Shown here piece by piece: positions 61,496-64,000 of a stretch of DNA of 64,000 bases (its first letter is position 1; each line of letters starts with the position of its first letter). The stretch covers positions 956 through 64,955 of the forward strand of contig CANQZR010000001.1 in the NCBI GenBank assembly GCA_947628405.1, in the 5' to 3' direction. The DNA comes from an uncultured Clostridia bacterium (GTDB lineage Bacteria; Bacillota; Clostridia; Oscillospirales; Ruminococcaceae). The notes beneath the pieces are model-generated. The model was not told the DNA's origin and made no database searches. It saw only the letters and a program-made list of their open reading frames with translations. The position numbers and the translations under genes were made by a program.

Positions 61496-63749
61496 AAGAA
61501 ACGGACAGAAAGTGCCGTTTGATAAAAACAAAATCTATAATGCAGTTTACAAAGCTGTTGCTGAAGTTCATCCTTATAATGAACTGTTTTGTGAACATAT
61601 ACCGGAGGATATTACTAATTCAGTTTGCAATACAATTAAACAAGACGGATTTGAGAAAATTAATATTGAAACTATTCAAGATTTGGTAGAACACTTTCTA
61701 TTAGAAAGAGACCCGGACACTGCCAAAGCGTACATAATCTACCGCTATAAACGAGCCTTGGCACGAAGCGATTTTCAAGCGTTAATGAAAATTGTCAAGG
61801 AAAAACTTTATGCCGAAAATGTTGCGAACCAGAACGCCAATGTTGATGAACATTCTTTCGGCGGCAGAAAAGGCGAAGTGGATAATGAAGTCCTGAAAAT
61901 GTACGCCCTTGAATTTATTCTGTCGAAAAAGTCCCGTGAGAACCACCTCGATAACAGAATTTATATACATGATTTATCGGAATATGCCCTCGGCGATCAT
62001 AACTGTTTGTCAGTGCCTTTTGATGATCTGTTCTCAAAGAATATAAATACACGTCAAACGGATATCAGACCGCCGCGCTCGGTAAGTGCAGCATTTCAGC
62101 TTGTGGCAGTGTATTTTCAGTTACAGTCGTTACAGCAGTTCGGCGGTGTTTCAGCAACTCACCTTGACTGGACAATGGTGCCGCTTGTAAGATTGAGCTT
62201 TGCAAAGCATTTTCGTGACGGCTTGAAGTACATTAAACTGCTGCTTTTTGAGGAAGAAATAAAGAAAGAATATTCGGAAAAGTTAAATAAAATCATCAAA
62301 GCAGAATTTTCAACCAATTCTGTTATGGAAACAATTGAAAACACAATTTCCATTGAAGATGATTTTTACAAGGAGCTTCCGGAAGTATACGAGTACGCTA
62401 TGGATATGCTTGAAAAAGAGATACACCAGTCTGTCGAAGCGTTTTATCACAATCTGAATACTCTGCAATCACGTTCGGGAAATCAACTCCCGTTCAGTTC
62501 AATTAATTTCGGCACTTGTACTTTGCCGGAGGGCAGACTTATCATAAAGGCACTTCTTGAAGGTTTGATTGAAGGAGTAGGTTCAAAGCACCGCACATCA
62601 GTTTTCCCGTGTGTTATCTTCCAGAGCGGTAAAGGCATTAACCAGAAAGAGGGAGACCCCAACTATGATATGTTCAGACTTGCTTTGAAAGCTACATCGT
62701 TCAGGATATATCCCAACTACTGTAACATAGACTGGAGCGGCAATAAAGGATATGACCAAAAAGACCCAAGGACATATATGTCAACAATGGGCTGCCGTAC
62801 AGTCAACGGATTTGATATAAACGGCTTTGGTCAGCTTAAAGACGGACGCGGCAATCTCTGCCCGGTAACGATAATTCTTCCCACACTTGCAATGGAGGCA
62901 GCAGAAGAAACCAAGGACGATCCCGAAAAACGTGTTGACTGCTTTATGGATAAACTTGTAACGGCGATATATGATGCAAAAGATATGTTGCTTGAACGTT
63001 ATGAATATATTTGTTCACAAAAACCTGAATCGGCAAAGTTCATGTATGAAAACGGCTTGATGGAAGGTTATGACGGCAAGGATATAAGAAGTGCATTAAA
63101 GCACGGAACACTTGCTATTGGTCAGCTCGGACTTGCAGAAACCTTGCAGATACTTATAGGCTGTGACCATACCGAAGAAAAGGGAATGGAACTTGCAAAG
63201 AAAATCGAATCCACATTCAGGACAATGTGTGATGATTTTAAGAAAGAGTACAAACTTAACATAGGCGTATACCTGACACCTGCCGAGAACCTTGCTTATA
63301 CTTCAATGAAAAAATTCCAATCCAAGTACGGCGAAATTCCCAACGTATCCGATAAGGATTTCTTCACCAACTCAATGCACGTCCCAGTATGGAAAGAAAT
63401 GACACCATTTGAAAAGATAGATATTGAATCTCAGTTGACTGGCTATTCCAACGCAGGCTGTATCACTTATGTGGAGCTTGACGCCAGTGCTGTAAATAAC
63501 ATTGACGCTCTTGAAACCATTGTACTTTATGCTATGGATAAGGACATTCCTTATTTCGGAATAAATGTTCCTAACGATATGTGTATGGACTGCGGATTTA
63601 CATATGAAATAAACGATAAATGTCCTAAATGCGGAGGAACAAATATAAGACGTCTCCGCAGAGTAACAGGCTACCTGACAGGAGACTACAAGACCGCATT
63701 CAACCTTGGTAAACAGCAGGAAACAGAAATGCGGGTGAAGCACTGTTGA
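61473..63749 (+). CDS. nrdD: anaerobic ribonucleoside-triphosphate reductase
   Basis: ATP-cone VIKRNGQKVPFDKNKI, C-terminal zinc ribbon CMDCG...CPKCGG and glycyl-radical motif RRVTGYL. ATG at 61473 after GTGAGGA. Confidence 0.9.
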   Translation: MQEIQVIKRNGQKVPFDKNKIYNAVYKAVAEVHPYNELFCEHIPEDITNSVCNTIKQDGFEKINIETIQDLVEHFLLERDPDTAKAYIIYRYKRALARSDFQALMKIVKEKLYAENVANQNANVDEHSFGGRKGEVDNEVLKMYALEFILSKKSRENHLDNRIYIHDLSEYALGDHNCLSVPFDDLFSKNINTRQTDIRPPRSVSAAFQLVAVYFQLQSLQQFGGVSATHLDWTMVPLVRLSFAKHFRDGLKYIKLLLFEEEIKKEYSEKLNKIIKAEFSTNSVMETIENTISIEDDFYKELPEVYEYAMDMLEKEIHQSVEAFYHNLNTLQSRSGNQLPFSSINFGTCTLPEGRLIIKALLEGLIEGVGSKHRTSVFPCVIFQSGKGINQKEGDPNYDMFRLALKATSFRIYPNYCNIDWSGNKGYDQKDPRTYMSTMGCRTVNGFDINGFGQLKDGRGNLCPVTIILPTLAMEAAEETKDDPEKRVDCFMDKLVTAIYDAKDMLLERYEYICSQKPESAKFMYENGLMEGYDGKDIRSALKHGTLAIGQLGLAETLQILIGCDHTEEKGMELAKKIESTFRTMCDDFKKEYKLNIGVYLTPAENLAYTSMKKFQSKYGEIPNVSDKDFFTNSMHVPVWKEMTPFEKIDIESQLTGYSNAGCITYVELDASAVNNIDALETIVLYAMDKDIPYFGINVPNDMCMDCGFTYEINDKCPKCGGTNIRRLRRVTGYLTGDYKTAFNLGKQQETEMRVKHC

Positions 63750-64000
63750 ACTACTTGCATATAGATAAATGTTCCATATCCAACGGACAAGGGATAAGAG
63801 TAGTGCTCTGGACGGCAGGCTGTACGCTTGAATGTAAAGGCTGTCACAATCCACAGGCACAGGATTTCAATGCCGGAGTACCGCTTACAGAAGAAACGGT
63901 GCAATACCTTTTCAGTCTGCTTGACAAGGATTATACATGGGGACTTACGCTTTCAGGAGGACACCCATTAGATCCGCTTAATGTTCCAGATGTATATGAC
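63746..64000 (+). CDS. nrdG: anaerobic RNR activating radical-SAM protein (3-prime end cut by window edge)
   Basis: Own translation from a TTG overlapping the nrdD stop: MNYLHIDKCSISNGQGIRVVLWTAGCTLECKGCHNPQ... Confidence 0.8.
   Translation, partial: MNYLHIDKCSISNGQGIRVVLWTAGCTLECKGCHNPQAQDFNAGVPLTEETVQYLFSLLDKDYTWGLTLSGGHPLDPLNVPDVYD

Noticed and set aside
1-64000. Prophage boundaries (att sites), diversity-generating retroelement, retron, transposase/IS elements.
   Set aside because: No reverse transcriptase, transposase or flanking direct repeats were visible in the window. The only recombinase is internal to the early operon, so integration status cannot be judged from this window.

Overview
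The window looks like most of a tailed dsDNA phage or prophage genome from a low-GC Gram-positive anaerobe. Supporting signs are AGGAGG-type RBSs, near-consensus sigma-A-type TTGACA-17-TATAAT promoters, NrdDG and a SleB-type hydrolase. All large ORFs read through in the standard code. All family calls rest on motifs read by eye from the ORF translations; no database search was possible.

Layout:
- 1-13.7 kb, minus strand: packaging and head module (candidate small terminase, large terminase, portal, scaffold, decoration-like protein, major capsid, head-completion genes). It is interrupted at 7.6-8.4 kb by a plus-strand PIN toxin cassette with its own promoter and terminator.
- 14.1-16.6 kb, minus strand: two moron cassettes, one membrane/lipoprotein/zinc-ribbon set and one zeta-like kinase pair.
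- 16.6-20.8 kb, minus strand: operon built around a YonO/RdRP-family single-subunit RNA polymerase (motifs RNP and DYDGD).
- 20.8-23.3 kb: AT-rich control region with a long palindrome, (TA)n tracts, operator-like palindromes, a GC-rich island and a tandemly duplicated RHH-gene-plus-promoter cassette.
- 23.3-29.7 kb, plus strand: early genes, including a tyrosine recombinase, a ParB-like protein and a DUF3560-like protein.
- 29.7-38.4 kb: accessory island. It holds a cluster of ParB/Srx-fold proteins (two DUF262 and one DGQHR) with unknown partners, an insulated ABC-ATPase + TOPRIM cassette, and a DIP1984-like moron.
- 38.8-39.4 kb: tRNA-Gln, a degenerate tRNA-like element, tRNA-Leu and an array of GTTGGCAAC sites.
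- 39.5-51.4 kb: replication and recombination genes (YopX, Rad52/Sak-like annealase, SSB, Cas4-like nuclease, primase-helicase, DnaE, RecD2).
- 51.7-64 kb: DNA-modification and nucleotide-metabolism genes (five DNA methyltransferases, a TARG1-like macrodomain, a PAPS-reductase/DndC-like protein, 5-prime nucleotidase, ThyX, a GMP-kinase-like protein, NrdD/NrdG).

At least three genes at 55-59 kb and one small early gene are interrupted by frameshifts. Three of the four breaks lie at homopolymer runs, so they may be sequencing errors, decay or slippage.

The best candidates for undescribed systems are the multi-ParB/Srx operon (29.7-34.4 kb) and the ATPase/TOPRIM cassette (35.4-37.6 kb).
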